From an uncultured delta proteobacterium (GTDB taxonomy: Bacteria > Desulfobacterota > Binatia > HRBIN30), in NCBI GenBank assembly GCA_963729835.1, contig CAVSQF010000039.1:514801-578800 (forward strand): a DNA stretch of 64,000 nt, read 5' to 3'. Below the pieces are notes generated by a model. It searched no databases. It saw only the letters and a list, made by a program, of their open reading frames with translations, and had not been told where the DNA came from. How positions within the stretch are numbered: position 1 is the first letter of the stretch; every line of letters starts with the position of its first letter. Shown one piece after another: positions 39,206 to 47,738 of the stretch. The translations under genes and the position numbers were made by a program.

Positions 39206-40828
39206 TCAGCCCCTCTCTGGCTCCGCGATGGGCAGGCTGGCGATGAAAGTGGCTCCTTGAGCCGGTGGGCTCTCGAAGGTCAGCGTACCGCCCATCTTCT
39301 CCATGATGGAGTGGCTTATGGAAAGCCCCAGCCCCGTGCCTTGCCCCAGCGCCTTTGTGGTGAAAAAGGGATCGAAAACCCGTTCGCCTACGTCGGGTGG
39401 CACCCCCGGTCCGCTGTCGGTCACCCGCACCTGCACGAAGTGACCGTCACGGGTGGTAGTGATCACCAACTTTCCGCCTTGGCTGGCAGCGTCGAGTGCG
39501 TTGTTGAGCAGGTTCAGCAGCACCTGCTGGAGTTGGGCACGGTCGGCTGGGATGAGCGGCAGGCTGGAGTCCAACTTGAGCTCGACTGTGAGGTTTTGGT
39601 AGCGTGCTTCTTTCTCCACAAAGGAGAGGGACTCTTTCACCACCTGATTGATATCCAGCTTCTCGAGCGTGGGCTCCATGTGGCGGGCAAACTTGAGCAT
39701 GCGGTGCGTCACATCCCTGGCCCGTTCCACCTGTCCCAGTATCTTACCAAGGTTGTCCCGGCAGAGATCGCCTTCCGGCAGCTGCGCCAGGATCTCGGGA
39801 CGCAGGATATCCTCGAGCTCGCCAGCCAGCTCACCGATGGCGGCCAACGGGTTGTTGATCTCATGCGCCACGCCGGCGGCCATGCGGCCCAAGGACACCA
39901 ACCGGGCCGAGTGCGCCACTTGAGCGTCGAGGGCGGCACGCTCACGGTCGTTGGCCTGAAGCTGTTTAATGAACAGCCGCACCAGTAACAGCACCGAGGC
40001 AATGATGAGGAGGTTGGCCACCCACACGATGGCCATATCCACACGCCTGGCCTGGTTCAGGGGGCCCGGCATCTCCTGAGGGTCCTGGTCTACCACCAAC
40101 AGCCAAGGGATGCTCGACAGCCACGTAAACGCCGTGAACAGCGTGCGCCCATCCGGACCCACCCGTTCCACGACCGTGTTGCCAGGTGGCACCGCCCCAA
40201 CATCGAACTTGGCGGACGTGAGGATTCCCCCGGCAAAGCGGCTAGGGGTTTGCAACTGTCCCCGCGAGTTGACGATATAGGCGTCGCCACTGAGGCCGAC
40301 CTGGGCGCTGCGCACCAGGCGGTTGAAGACCTCCGAGTCGATCGTGGCCCGCAGGATCCAGGGTTCGCCTTCGTCCTCGTGTTTCACCGCGATGACGAAA
40401 TGGGGCACGTTGCGCACGCCGAGAAATACATCGCTGATGTACACTCCCCGAAGCATGACCTGGTGAAACCACTCCGCGTCGCGGTAGTTCTGGTGCTGCA
40501 GGGGATAGGGCCCCACATAGGAAGCGTGGTTGCCCGAGGCGTCGATGACTCCCAGGTCCAGGAAGCTTCGAGTGCGGCGGTTGAGCATCTGGAAGGTTTT
40601 GTTCAACTCGCGCTGGTCACCGAGCTGGGCCAGTTGAGCGGAATGGGCCAATGCTTCCAGCACAGCGGTACGCTCAGCCAAAAAGAGATCAATGGCCTCG
40701 GCGCGGGCGACCGCCCGCACGATCATCTCTTCCTTGAGCTTTTCCTGGTTGGCACGAAGGAAGTAGTAGTAGATCCCGACCCCTAGGACGTTTAAAGGCA
40801 CAAGGGCCACCACTAGGCTGACCAGGGT
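39206..40828 (-). CDS. Sensor histidine kinase (periplasmic sensor domain, HisKA, HATPase_c)
   Basis: Two TM segments flank a periplasmic region of about 280 aa. H-box LAAGVAHEINNPL. N-box, G1 and G2 (DSGPGVPPD...GTGLGLS). The start is chosen at MTLVSLVV to limit overlap with the upstream gene; the track ORF begins at 40933. Confidence 0.8.
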   Translation of the reverse strand, partial: TLVSLVVALVPLNVLGVGIYYYFLRANQEKLKEEMIVRAVARAEAIDLFLAERTAVLEALAHSAQLAQLGDQRELNKTFQMLNRRTRSFLDLGVIDASGNHASYVGPYPLQHQNYRDAEWFHQVMLRGVYISDVFLGVRNVPHFVIAVKHEDEGEPWILRATIDSEVFNRLVRSAQVGLSGDAYIVNSRGQLQTPSRFAGGILTSAKFDVGAVPPGNTVVERVGPDGRTLFTAFTWLSSIPWLLVVDQDPQEMPGPLNQARRVDMAIVWVANLLIIASVLLLVRLFIKQLQANDRERAALDAQVAHSARLVSLGRMAAGVAHEINNPLAAIGELAGELEDILRPEILAQLPEGDLCRDNLGKILGQVERARDVTHRMLKFARHMEPTLEKLDINQVVKESLSFVEKEARYQNLTVELKLDSSLPLIPADRAQLQQVLLNLLNNALDAASQGGKLVITTTRDGHFVQVRVTDSGPGVPPDVGERVFDPFFTTKALGQGTGLGLSISHSIMEKMGGTLTFESPPAQGATFIASLPIAEPERG

Positions 40829-40860
40829 CATGCGCCGAGCAAGCTGCGCGTAGACCTTGA

Positions 40861-43455
40861 TCACGAAGCCGACCCCACGGTTGGCAAGGTGGTGAGATTG
40901 TAGTCGCCCCGGCTGAAGGCCTGAGCCAGCCATTCCACCATGTGCGGCCCGTCCATGAGCATGTCCAACTGGCGGCTGAAGAGCACGAGTCGTCCTATTT
41001 CCTCGAGAATGCGCGTGATCTCCTCCGGCGCACGCTTTTTCAGGAAGGCGCTGACTGCGTCGCCGGTGCGCTCGGCGTTGAAGCCCAGGTCGCCGAGGAT
41101 GCGCTGCACCAGCACCGCCCTGAGCAAGCGGCGGTCCTCGGTGGCCGCCCCGCCGTGGAAGCGGAAGCTCACGTAGTTGTCGTTCAACCGCTGCCCACAG
41201 TAGCAGTCCAGGGCCGTAAAGTGGTAACCCACCCGGCAGTTGAAGTTGATGTAGTCGGCGCTGAGGATGGCGTAGGCTCGCCCGCCCATGCTGCGCTGGC
41301 CGGCGTCCTGCGGCGGGGTCAAGAGCGACGCGCTGAGGACCGAGGCGAGGCCCTTCAGGCTCACCGGCCGCGGAGCACTCCAGTCGATGCGCTGGTCGGT
41401 AAGCCCCTTCAGGAAAGCTGCACCCGGCCGGGACTGCACGGCCTCGACCCCGGGGCTTTCCCCCGCCTCAGCACGCAGCCCGCCACCCAAGTCGATGATC
41501 CACAAATCAAAGGGCAGCTTGACCTGCAAGCGGCGGGCTGCTCCCGCTGCCTTCTGCCCCACTTGGTCGCCCAGGCGGAACATTTCATTGAAGGACATCT
41601 CATGCATGAACCGGATGAGGTCGTGAAAGCTGCTGCAGTTCTCCGGACGGAACTCCGGGGCCTTGGGGTCAGTGAGATTCAGCCGGGTGATGAGTTGAAC
41701 CGCCCTGAGCCTCAAGGGCAGTGCCCGTACCCGGCTGGCGACGGCCTGGGTGGTGATCTTGTGGTCGAGCAATGCATCCACCCGGCCGCCGTAAACTCTG
41801 CGGTTGCTGGCGTCCAGAGTCACCTCCAGACCAGGCGTGAGCTTTTCCAATGCCCCGGCCACACCCACCAGCGTCGGCACTCCATACTCCCGGGCGAGGG
41901 CCGCTAGGTGTCCGGCCACCCCACCCACCTCAGTTATCAGCGCCGTAGCCGCGGGCAGCAACGCCGCTAGAGCTGGCGAGGACTCACGAGCCACCAGTAT
42001 CGCGCCGGTGGGGAAGTCGGCCATGTCGTCGATCCCGCGCACGAGATGCACGGGGCCGCAAGCGGTGCCCGGCCGCGCCGTCTGCCCGCCGCTCAGAATT
42101 AATGGCGCGCTTACCCTCACCCGGGTGGGGCTGGCCGAATCCTGCACCACCCGCAAAGGCCGAGCCTGCAGTATACACAGGCGCCCCTGGCCGTCCCGTG
42201 CCCACTCCACATCTAGGGCCTCGCCTAGGATGTGTTCTAGACGTAAGCCGACCACCGCCAGTTCTTGAATGGCTTCGGCCGGCAGCACCTGCTGACGGGC
42301 CTGCTCGGGATCCAGCTTCCGGCGTTCTGTCCCTTGCGGCCCGACCACCAGCATGTAATCCCTTCGGCCCACGTGGCGCACGCTGTAGCCAGCGTCGGGA
42401 CCCCGATCCGCCGTGTAAACGTCCGCGTCCAGCGATCCGTCCACCAGCCCTAGTCCAAGACCCGGTACCGCGCTGATGACAGCCGGTCCCTTGCCGCCGG
42501 CCAGGGGGTCGGTGGTGTAGAGCACCCCGCTGACCGCCGACTCGACCATGACCTGCACCAGTACGGCCATCTCGGCATCCAAGTCCGAAAGTCCTTCCCG
42601 TTCGCGGTAGGCCAGGGCCTGCGCGGAATACAGGGAGGCGAGCACCGCGAGATACGCGTGGGGTGCGTCGTCTGGGCGCACCCCCAGTCGACTCTCGTAG
42701 AGTCCGGCGAAGGAAGTGTGGGTGTCCTCACCGAGAGCACTAGAACGGAGCGACAAAGCGGCCCCGCCCTGGGCGCTGCTTAGAGCGCGGCACCGTTCCA
42801 GCATTTCTTTCTCTAGGTCCGCCGGAAGCTTGATCGTAGCGAATTCGGCCTGCAAGCGACGTGAACGTTCTTCCCGTGCGGCCAGGTCGCCCCCCTCTGC
42901 CAGCATGGCCACCTGCCGTAGCCGCCCCCCGAGCCCGGTCTCGGCCATTACTCGGCGGAATGCCTCGGTCGTAATGACCAGACCCTCCGGCACCGGCAGC
43001 CCCTCCCGGCGCAGAGTGGCCAGGTTGCTGGCCTTCGCCCCGGTTAGATGCTCCATACCCGGCTCTACGGCCTCCAGGGGCAAAAAGCTCGATCCAGCGG
43101 CGGCGTCCGCCTGGATGGCTAACAGTGCATCGATCTGGTGGCGTACCTCGTTGAAGGGTGCCAACAGAGACTGGTAGCGGTCGCCGGAGATGAGGTTCAG
43201 GTGGCGGATCATCAGAAAGACCTTGGCGCTGGCGGCAATATAGCGAGAGCGCAAAAAGTCCACCCCCAACACGCCGCTCCGCTCCAGGACACTCTGGATC
43301 TCGGCGATGATCTCCAGCACCTCGTTGTTGGCCCTGAGCAGGTACTGGAACTCCTTGAAGCGCAGTTTGAGCTGGACAAAGCCCTGACCTGGCTCCCGCG
43401 AGGAACCACGCAGGTTGCGCCAAGCTCTGGTGAAGCGGTTGGTCACAACCGTCAC
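40861..43455 (-). CDS. Swivel-histidine dikinase-like protein, paralog B (intact, 864 aa)
   Basis: A PPDK_N/ATP-grasp-like region, the PEP-utilizers mobile domain (EVGGVAGHLAALAREYGVPTLVG) and a C-terminal ~300 aa domain (YVSFRFHGGAATEDRRLL...). That C-terminal domain lacks the TIM-barrel PEP-binding motifs of genuine PEP synthase/PPDK. Confidence 0.75.
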   Translation of the reverse strand: MTVVTNRFTRAWRNLRGSSREPGQGFVQLKLRFKEFQYLLRANNEVLEIIAEIQSVLERSGVLGVDFLRSRYIAASAKVFLMIRHLNLISGDRYQSLLAPFNEVRHQIDALLAIQADAAAGSSFLPLEAVEPGMEHLTGAKASNLATLRREGLPVPEGLVITTEAFRRVMAETGLGGRLRQVAMLAEGGDLAAREERSRRLQAEFATIKLPADLEKEMLERCRALSSAQGGAALSLRSSALGEDTHTSFAGLYESRLGVRPDDAPHAYLAVLASLYSAQALAYREREGLSDLDAEMAVLVQVMVESAVSGVLYTTDPLAGGKGPAVISAVPGLGLGLVDGSLDADVYTADRGPDAGYSVRHVGRRDYMLVVGPQGTERRKLDPEQARQQVLPAEAIQELAVVGLRLEHILGEALDVEWARDGQGRLCILQARPLRVVQDSASPTRVRVSAPLILSGGQTARPGTACGPVHLVRGIDDMADFPTGAILVARESSPALAALLPAATALITEVGGVAGHLAALAREYGVPTLVGVAGALEKLTPGLEVTLDASNRRVYGGRVDALLDHKITTQAVASRVRALPLRLRAVQLITRLNLTDPKAPEFRPENCSSFHDLIRFMHEMSFNEMFRLGDQVGQKAAGAARRLQVKLPFDLWIIDLGGGLRAEAGESPGVEAVQSRPGAAFLKGLTDQRIDWSAPRPVSLKGLASVLSASLLTPPQDAGQRSMGGRAYAILSADYINFNCRVGYHFTALDCYCGQRLNDNYVSFRFHGGAATEDRRLLRAVLVQRILGDLGFNAERTGDAVSAFLKKRAPEEITRILEEIGRLVLFSRQLDMLMDGPHMVEWLAQAFSRGDYNLTTLPTVGSAS

Positions 43456-43467
43456 CCTCCCGCGTTC

Positions 43468-43755
43468 TCAGCCTTGGCGGTTTGGGCCGAGGTCGGAGAC
43501 GCCTTCGAGGGCGCCGAAAAGCCCCACCGGCCGGCAAAGCCGCTCCCCCGGTGTGGCGGGACACTCGGGGGCGAAGCGCCTGAGCGCCCAGCGGGCAAGC
43601 AGCACCGTGACGAGCGCGGCGGGTACGAACACCTGGCTGAAGCGCCAGGCGATTTCGGCAGGCTGGAAGTGGCTCCACCAGATACCCAACGTCAGCTCGG
43701 CTAGAAGCAGTATGTCCATACTCGCCACAATGGCCAGTTTCCAAAAGTTCATCTC
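43468..43755 (-). CDS. Small membrane protein (2 TM)
   Basis: MNFWKLAIVASMDILLLAELTLGIWW...VPAALVTVLLARWAL. Confidence 0.35.
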   Translation of the reverse strand, partial: EMNFWKLAIVASMDILLLAELTLGIWWSHFQPAEIAWRFSQVFVPAALVTVLLARWALRRFAPECPATPGERLCRPVGLFGALEGVSDLGPNRQG

Positions 43756-43809
43756 TATGTCTCCTCCAGGCTCAGCGGGTCGGTCTCCGAGATGGCGGGC
43801 CAACTCTGG

Positions 43810-44010
43810 CTACTGCTTGCGGAGGTCTTGCTTGGTGACGTTCATGACCTTCAGGGCCAGGAAAGAGTTGCCCTGGACCTTGTAAGCCACTCGGATAACG
43901 TCCCCAGGGTCGGGGCTGAGCCCCACCTTCGCTTCGGCCACATTGAACACCGCCGTCTCTCCATGGATGGGGTTCAATTCCGGCTGAGTGTTTTTCAGCT
44001 CTAGGGTCAA
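43810..44010 (-). CDS. Hypothetical small protein
   Basis: 66 aa ORF with coding-like GC3. Its start codon lies inside the IS left inverted repeat. Confidence 0.25.
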   Translation of the reverse strand: MTLELKNTQPELNPIHGETAVFNVAEAKVGLSPDPGDVIRVAYKVQGNSFLALKVMNVTKQDLRKQ

Positions 44011-44020
44011 TGCCAGTAAC

Positions 44021-45367
44021 TTAAGGCCATCGGGGCAGTGGACCGCGGTTGGGCGGAGCCTTTTTGGCGTAGTTGCTCATTTTGATTTTGACTGCTCGCG
44101 CATAGCGACGAGGCCGGCGTTTGGGCAAGACCAGGAGCGCGATTTGTTCATGCAAGGCCGCCAGGCGCTTGGGTAGTACACCAGGACTGGCCAGCCACGC
44201 GCTGACGAGGAAGTTGCGTACGAGCATGAGTGAGTGGCGAAAGCTGATGCGCGCCGGGGGCAGTTTCAGCCGGGTAGCCACTTGGAGCATTTCGAGCCGC
44301 ACCAGATTGTAAGCAATGGCGAGTCCCCAGAGCTCTTGCAGCACTCGTTGTGGGGACTTGCTGCGCAGGGTTTCGAGACGTTCCAGGGCGTGAGTCTTTA
44401 CTTCGTCGAACCCGATCTCGAGCTCCCAGCGTTCGTGGTAGAGGTGGACGATCTCGGAGGCCGGGTAGGTGTTGGGATCGAGCAGAGAGGTCAGCAATAC
44501 CTGCGGGCGAAAGCCGCGGCGCTGGTAGCGAATGGCACGGGCAGTGAGGCACTCGGGCAACTCGGGGTGCTGCTTGCGCAGGGAGCGATTGATGCGAATC
44601 TGCACGAGATCGTCGTGGGGGCCAAGCCGGCGTACGACCTGCCACTTCAGATTGCGTTTGCTGCGACAGAGCCAGTGCCGCTCGGTGCCCTGGCTCTGGA
44701 TGGAGTAGAAGACGAAGTAATTGATGAACCCCTTGTCGACCACGGTGACACAGTGGTCGGGCAGACGGTTCCAGAGTTCCTGAGCCAGCGTTTGCTCGCC
44801 GGTGTGGTAGGAGCCCGGAACGATGTCCGCCAGCAGATGAGCCCGCAGCACCATCAGGGCGACCAGCCGGAGCTGCGGATAGGCCCCCGCACTGCGGCCA
44901 TTACATGGGCGGCCGAACACGAGCTCGTTGTCGGCCGTGTCCGCGATCAACATCGTGGTGCCATCCACCCCGTAGACGGCCAGCCCCCGCCACCGCAGCG
45001 CGGCGGCAGCCGTCCCCGCCCAGCGTTGTGCGGTTTCGCCAAACAGCACGGCCAGTGGTTCACAGCCCAGCCGATCCCGGGCCCGCACGACGGCAGTCCG
45101 GCTGACCTCGTCGTCTTCCTTGATCTCCGGCAGGACCAGATCGAGGTGCTGGACGACTTCGTCAATGCAGCGGTCGCGCAGCAGCGCCATGCCGAGCACC
45201 AGCCAGACGACCAACTCCGCGGGCAGTTTGCGCTTGCGCACACTGGCCGTGCCGGTAGCGGTCAACACCCGTCTGACCCACGCCAGGTCCAGGGTGCGGC
45301 TGAACAGCGCAAAACTCTCACTGCGATTTCCTTCTCCGAGCACCTGCAGGGCCTCTGCCAGCTCCAT
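44021..45367 (-). CDS. IS4-family DDE transposase
   Basis: 448 aa with a DDE_Tnp_1 pattern (…VYGVDGTTM…, …VVDKGF…, …YHERWELEIGFDEVK…). Confidence 0.85.
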   Translation of the reverse strand: MELAEALQVLGEGNRSESFALFSRTLDLAWVRRVLTATGTASVRKRKLPAELVVWLVLGMALLRDRCIDEVVQHLDLVLPEIKEDDEVSRTAVVRARDRLGCEPLAVLFGETAQRWAGTAAAALRWRGLAVYGVDGTTMLIADTADNELVFGRPCNGRSAGAYPQLRLVALMVLRAHLLADIVPGSYHTGEQTLAQELWNRLPDHCVTVVDKGFINYFVFYSIQSQGTERHWLCRSKRNLKWQVVRRLGPHDDLVQIRINRSLRKQHPELPECLTARAIRYQRRGFRPQVLLTSLLDPNTYPASEIVHLYHERWELEIGFDEVKTHALERLETLRSKSPQRVLQELWGLAIAYNLVRLEMLQVATRLKLPPARISFRHSLMLVRNFLVSAWLASPGVLPKRLAALHEQIALLVLPKRRPRRYARAVKIKMSNYAKKAPPNRGPLPRWP

Positions 45368-45695
45368 CCTCCTCCCCTCCTCCTCTTGCCCGTCGGTGCC
45401 GCAGCAGATCGCGATTGACGGCCGCTACCTGCTCAAGAATCTCCCAGCACCGCCGATAGACCGCCATGCCGTGGCGCACCGTGGCCACCAGCTCGCGTGG
45501 TACCGAGATCTGTTCGGTGCGTCCCCCACGATGGGTGACACTCAGATAGACCGCGCGGTGCAGCGCCCCGTCCACACAGCGACAGCTTTGCTTGCCGCAG
45601 CGCACCGAACGCTCCACCAGACTGCCGCGCAAGATCTCGTCGAGCGGAGGCAACCTCGCCAGTAGCCGCTGGCGGCGCTTCACAAGCCGATCCAT
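45318..45695 (-). CDS. IS-associated small ORF with a Cys-rich (CGKQSCRC) segment
   Basis: 125 aa lying inside the IS boundaries upstream of the transposase, overlapping its start by ~50 nt. Confidence 0.35.
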   Translation of the reverse strand: MDRLVKRRQRLLARLPPLDEILRGSLVERSVRCGKQSCRCVDGALHRAVYLSVTHRGGRTEQISVPRELVATVRHGMAVYRRCWEILEQVAAVNRDLLRHRRARGGGEEDGAGRGPAGARRRKSQ

Positions 45696-45798
45696 GCCTT
45701 ACGGTCTTATAACCGAAAGACACTCGATAGTCAAAGCCTCGTTCTTCCGTTGCGCGCTTCAACTCAGCGCAAGTGATTGCCGTGCCGGCAGAAACGCC

Positions 45799-45945
45799 TT
45801 AAGTTACTGGCATTGGCTCTAGGGTGTGGTCGGCCGGACTGAATCGCAAGCACTTGCCCTGGTAGACGTAACTCTTGGTCTCGTTGCGGCAACCCAGGAC
45901 GGACATGACCGATACCACCAGCATCAGGGTAAGTAGTCTTTTCAT
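45799..45945 (-). CDS. Putative small lipoprotein (48 aa); 3' end and stop supplied by the IS right IR
   Basis: MKRLLTLMLVVSVMSVLGC... is a signal peptide with a lipobox. The ORF terminates at a TAA inside IRR. Confidence 0.3.
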   Translation of the reverse strand: MKRLLTLMLVVSVMSVLGCRNETKSYVYQGKCLRFSPADHTLEPMPVT

Positions 45946-45962
45946 CTAGACGCCTCCATTTA

Positions 45963-47000
45963 TCAGGCCGCGTTGGCAATGCTGTTGGCGCGCTTCTCGC
46001 GCAGCTCCTGGGCTGCACCCACGAACATGATCTTCATGATGTAAATGCAGATGGCGGTGATGGCTCCTAGAATGATCACCGTGGCCGCAGCGTTGAAGCC
46101 GAACTGTTTCAAGATGATGGAGATCATGCAGGCCACCACCGCGCAGCCAAAGAGCAGGCGGATGCCGTAGCCCTTGGTATACTTGGTGGCCACCGTACCG
46201 ATCTGCGCTCCGATAGCCGCACCGCAGAGCATCACAAAAACCGCCACCAGCTCGATCCGGCCCTTCAAGCTATACGTAAATGCGCCGTAAAGGCCGCTCA
46301 TCATCACCTCGAACAGGTCGGTACCCACCGCCACATGGGTAGGCACGCCAACGAAGTAGACCAGCGACGGCATGCGCAGGAGACCGCCGCCGATGCCCAG
46401 GAAGCCGGCCATCACGCCCGTGAGGAAAGCGATCAGCACCGGCAGCCACATCGAGCAGTAGATGCCGGCAACCTCGAAGTGGACCATGGGCGGAATCTTG
46501 ATCCTGTGCAGGGCGGGAGCCCAGTTCACGCCGCCAGTGGCGCCGGTGTGGCTGGGGTCGTCGCTCTTCCTTTTGCTGCGTACAGCCTTGCCGTAATCAT
46601 AGAAGACCATCAGCGCAATGAGCGACAGGAACACCACGTAGGTCCAGCGTACCACCGGACCAACCTGGCCGATGCGTTCCAGGGCCATGACAATCCGCGC
46701 GCCCAGTTCGATGCCAAACATGGTACCGATGACCATGATGAAGCCCAGCTTGTAGTCCACGTTGCCGAACTTGGAGTGGCGCATCGTAGAAATCATCGAT
46801 TTGCCCGCGACGTGGGCTATGTCCGTACCAATGGCGAACGCCATGGGAAAGCCGAGGATGTTGAGACCCGGCGTCACCATCCAAGCGCCCCCCATGCCGA
46901 AGAAGCCGCCGATAACCCCTACCGAGTAGCCGATCAGAAGCAGACCCGGCCAGAAAATATCCACGCCCGCAATGGGCATGTGCATGTACATCCATTCCAT
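45963..47000 (-). CDS. TSUP-family (TauE/SafE, DUF81) sulfite/anion exporter
   Basis: 345 aa with duplicated 4-TM repeats and GxGGG motifs (GGFFGMGGAWM; GFLGIGGGLL). Confidence 0.8.
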   Translation of the reverse strand: MEWMYMHMPIAGVDIFWPGLLLIGYSVGVIGGFFGMGGAWMVTPGLNILGFPMAFAIGTDIAHVAGKSMISTMRHSKFGNVDYKLGFIMVIGTMFGIELGARIVMALERIGQVGPVVRWTYVVFLSLIALMVFYDYGKAVRSKRKSDDPSHTGATGGVNWAPALHRIKIPPMVHFEVAGIYCSMWLPVLIAFLTGVMAGFLGIGGGLLRMPSLVYFVGVPTHVAVGTDLFEVMMSGLYGAFTYSLKGRIELVAVFVMLCGAAIGAQIGTVATKYTKGYGIRLLFGCAVVACMISIILKQFGFNAAATVIILGAITAICIYIMKIMFVGAAQELREKRANSIANAA

Positions 47001-47031
47001 AGTTTCCGCTCCTTGCCCCCTGACACGTAGA

Positions 47032-47325
47032 CTAGCGCTCCACGTGCCCGCCGCCCTTGGTCAGATCCAATCCGACCCGGCTCATGATCACGTCCATCAA
47101 CACCCCCAAACTCCCCCCGAGCAGCGCAGTGAACACCACTGCCCAGATGGCAAACATCCATGGGTCCTCGTTGTAGATACTTGCCAGGTAGAGACTGAAC
47201 CCGCTGAGGACACGGGTGTCGGCCACCACTACCAGATCGCCGCCCCCTTCCGCGGCGTGCGCCAATCCGGGCAGCAGAGCCCCCAGCGCTCCCGCCAAGG
47301 CTCCGATTTTGATACCCCCTGTCAT
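47032..47325 (-). CDS. DUF1634-like small membrane protein (commonly paired with TauE/SafE)
   Basis: 97 aa with 2 TM. Located immediately upstream in the same operon. Confidence 0.5.
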   Translation of the reverse strand: MTGGIKIGALAGALGALLPGLAHAAEGGGDLVVVADTRVLSGFSLYLASIYNEDPWMFAIWAVVFTALLGGSLGVLMDVIMSRVGLDLTKGGGHVER

Positions 47326-47630
47326 ACCGTTACCTCCCTCGCTTCTTTTCGAGTGTTGCAGCTGTCTTCCCCCTGCTCACCATGCAGACTTTCAGGTCAT
47401 TTTACAGCAACTTTCTCTTCAAGCCTTCAGCGTCCCCAGCAATCAGGGTCCAGCGTTAGCACAGCGGCAGCCGAGCCGGAACGGCGCCAGGTCGACAAAG
47501 AATGTGGTACCACTTGTTTGGAAAGTAGTTGACAAATGTGGTTATTTAACAACGTGTCAATGATTGGTTTCCGTTCATCCGCAGCGACGGCTGGGCGCAG
47601 TCCTTAGCAGGCTGCTGAAGAACCCCGCTC

Positions 47631-47716
47631 CATGCTTCGAGAGCCTCAGCATGAGCGGATCCCCTCCCCGAAGTTATTCAACTTTTCCGCTCACCCTGAG
47701 GCTCTCGAAGGGTGTT
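47631..47716. repeat. REP-like compound palindromic element, copy A
   Basis: Inverted pair of a ~28-nt hairpin motif: catgCTTCGAGAGCCTCAGcatgagcgg ... ccgctcacccTGAGGCTCTCGAAGggtg. A second copy lies at 60621-60745. Confidence 0.6.
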
Positions 47717-47738
47717 CTCCTCACTTTTCAGCAACCGG

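Larger units (their letters stand above)
43999..45824 (-). mobile_element. IS4-family insertion sequence (~1.83 kb) with ~28-bp imperfect terminal inverted repeats
   Basis: IRL 43999-44026 (ctctagggtcaatgccagtaacttaagg) versus IRR 45797-45824 (ccttaagttactggcattggctctaggg) give 25/28 matches. Contains a DDE transposase and a 125-aa upstream ORF. Confidence 0.75.
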
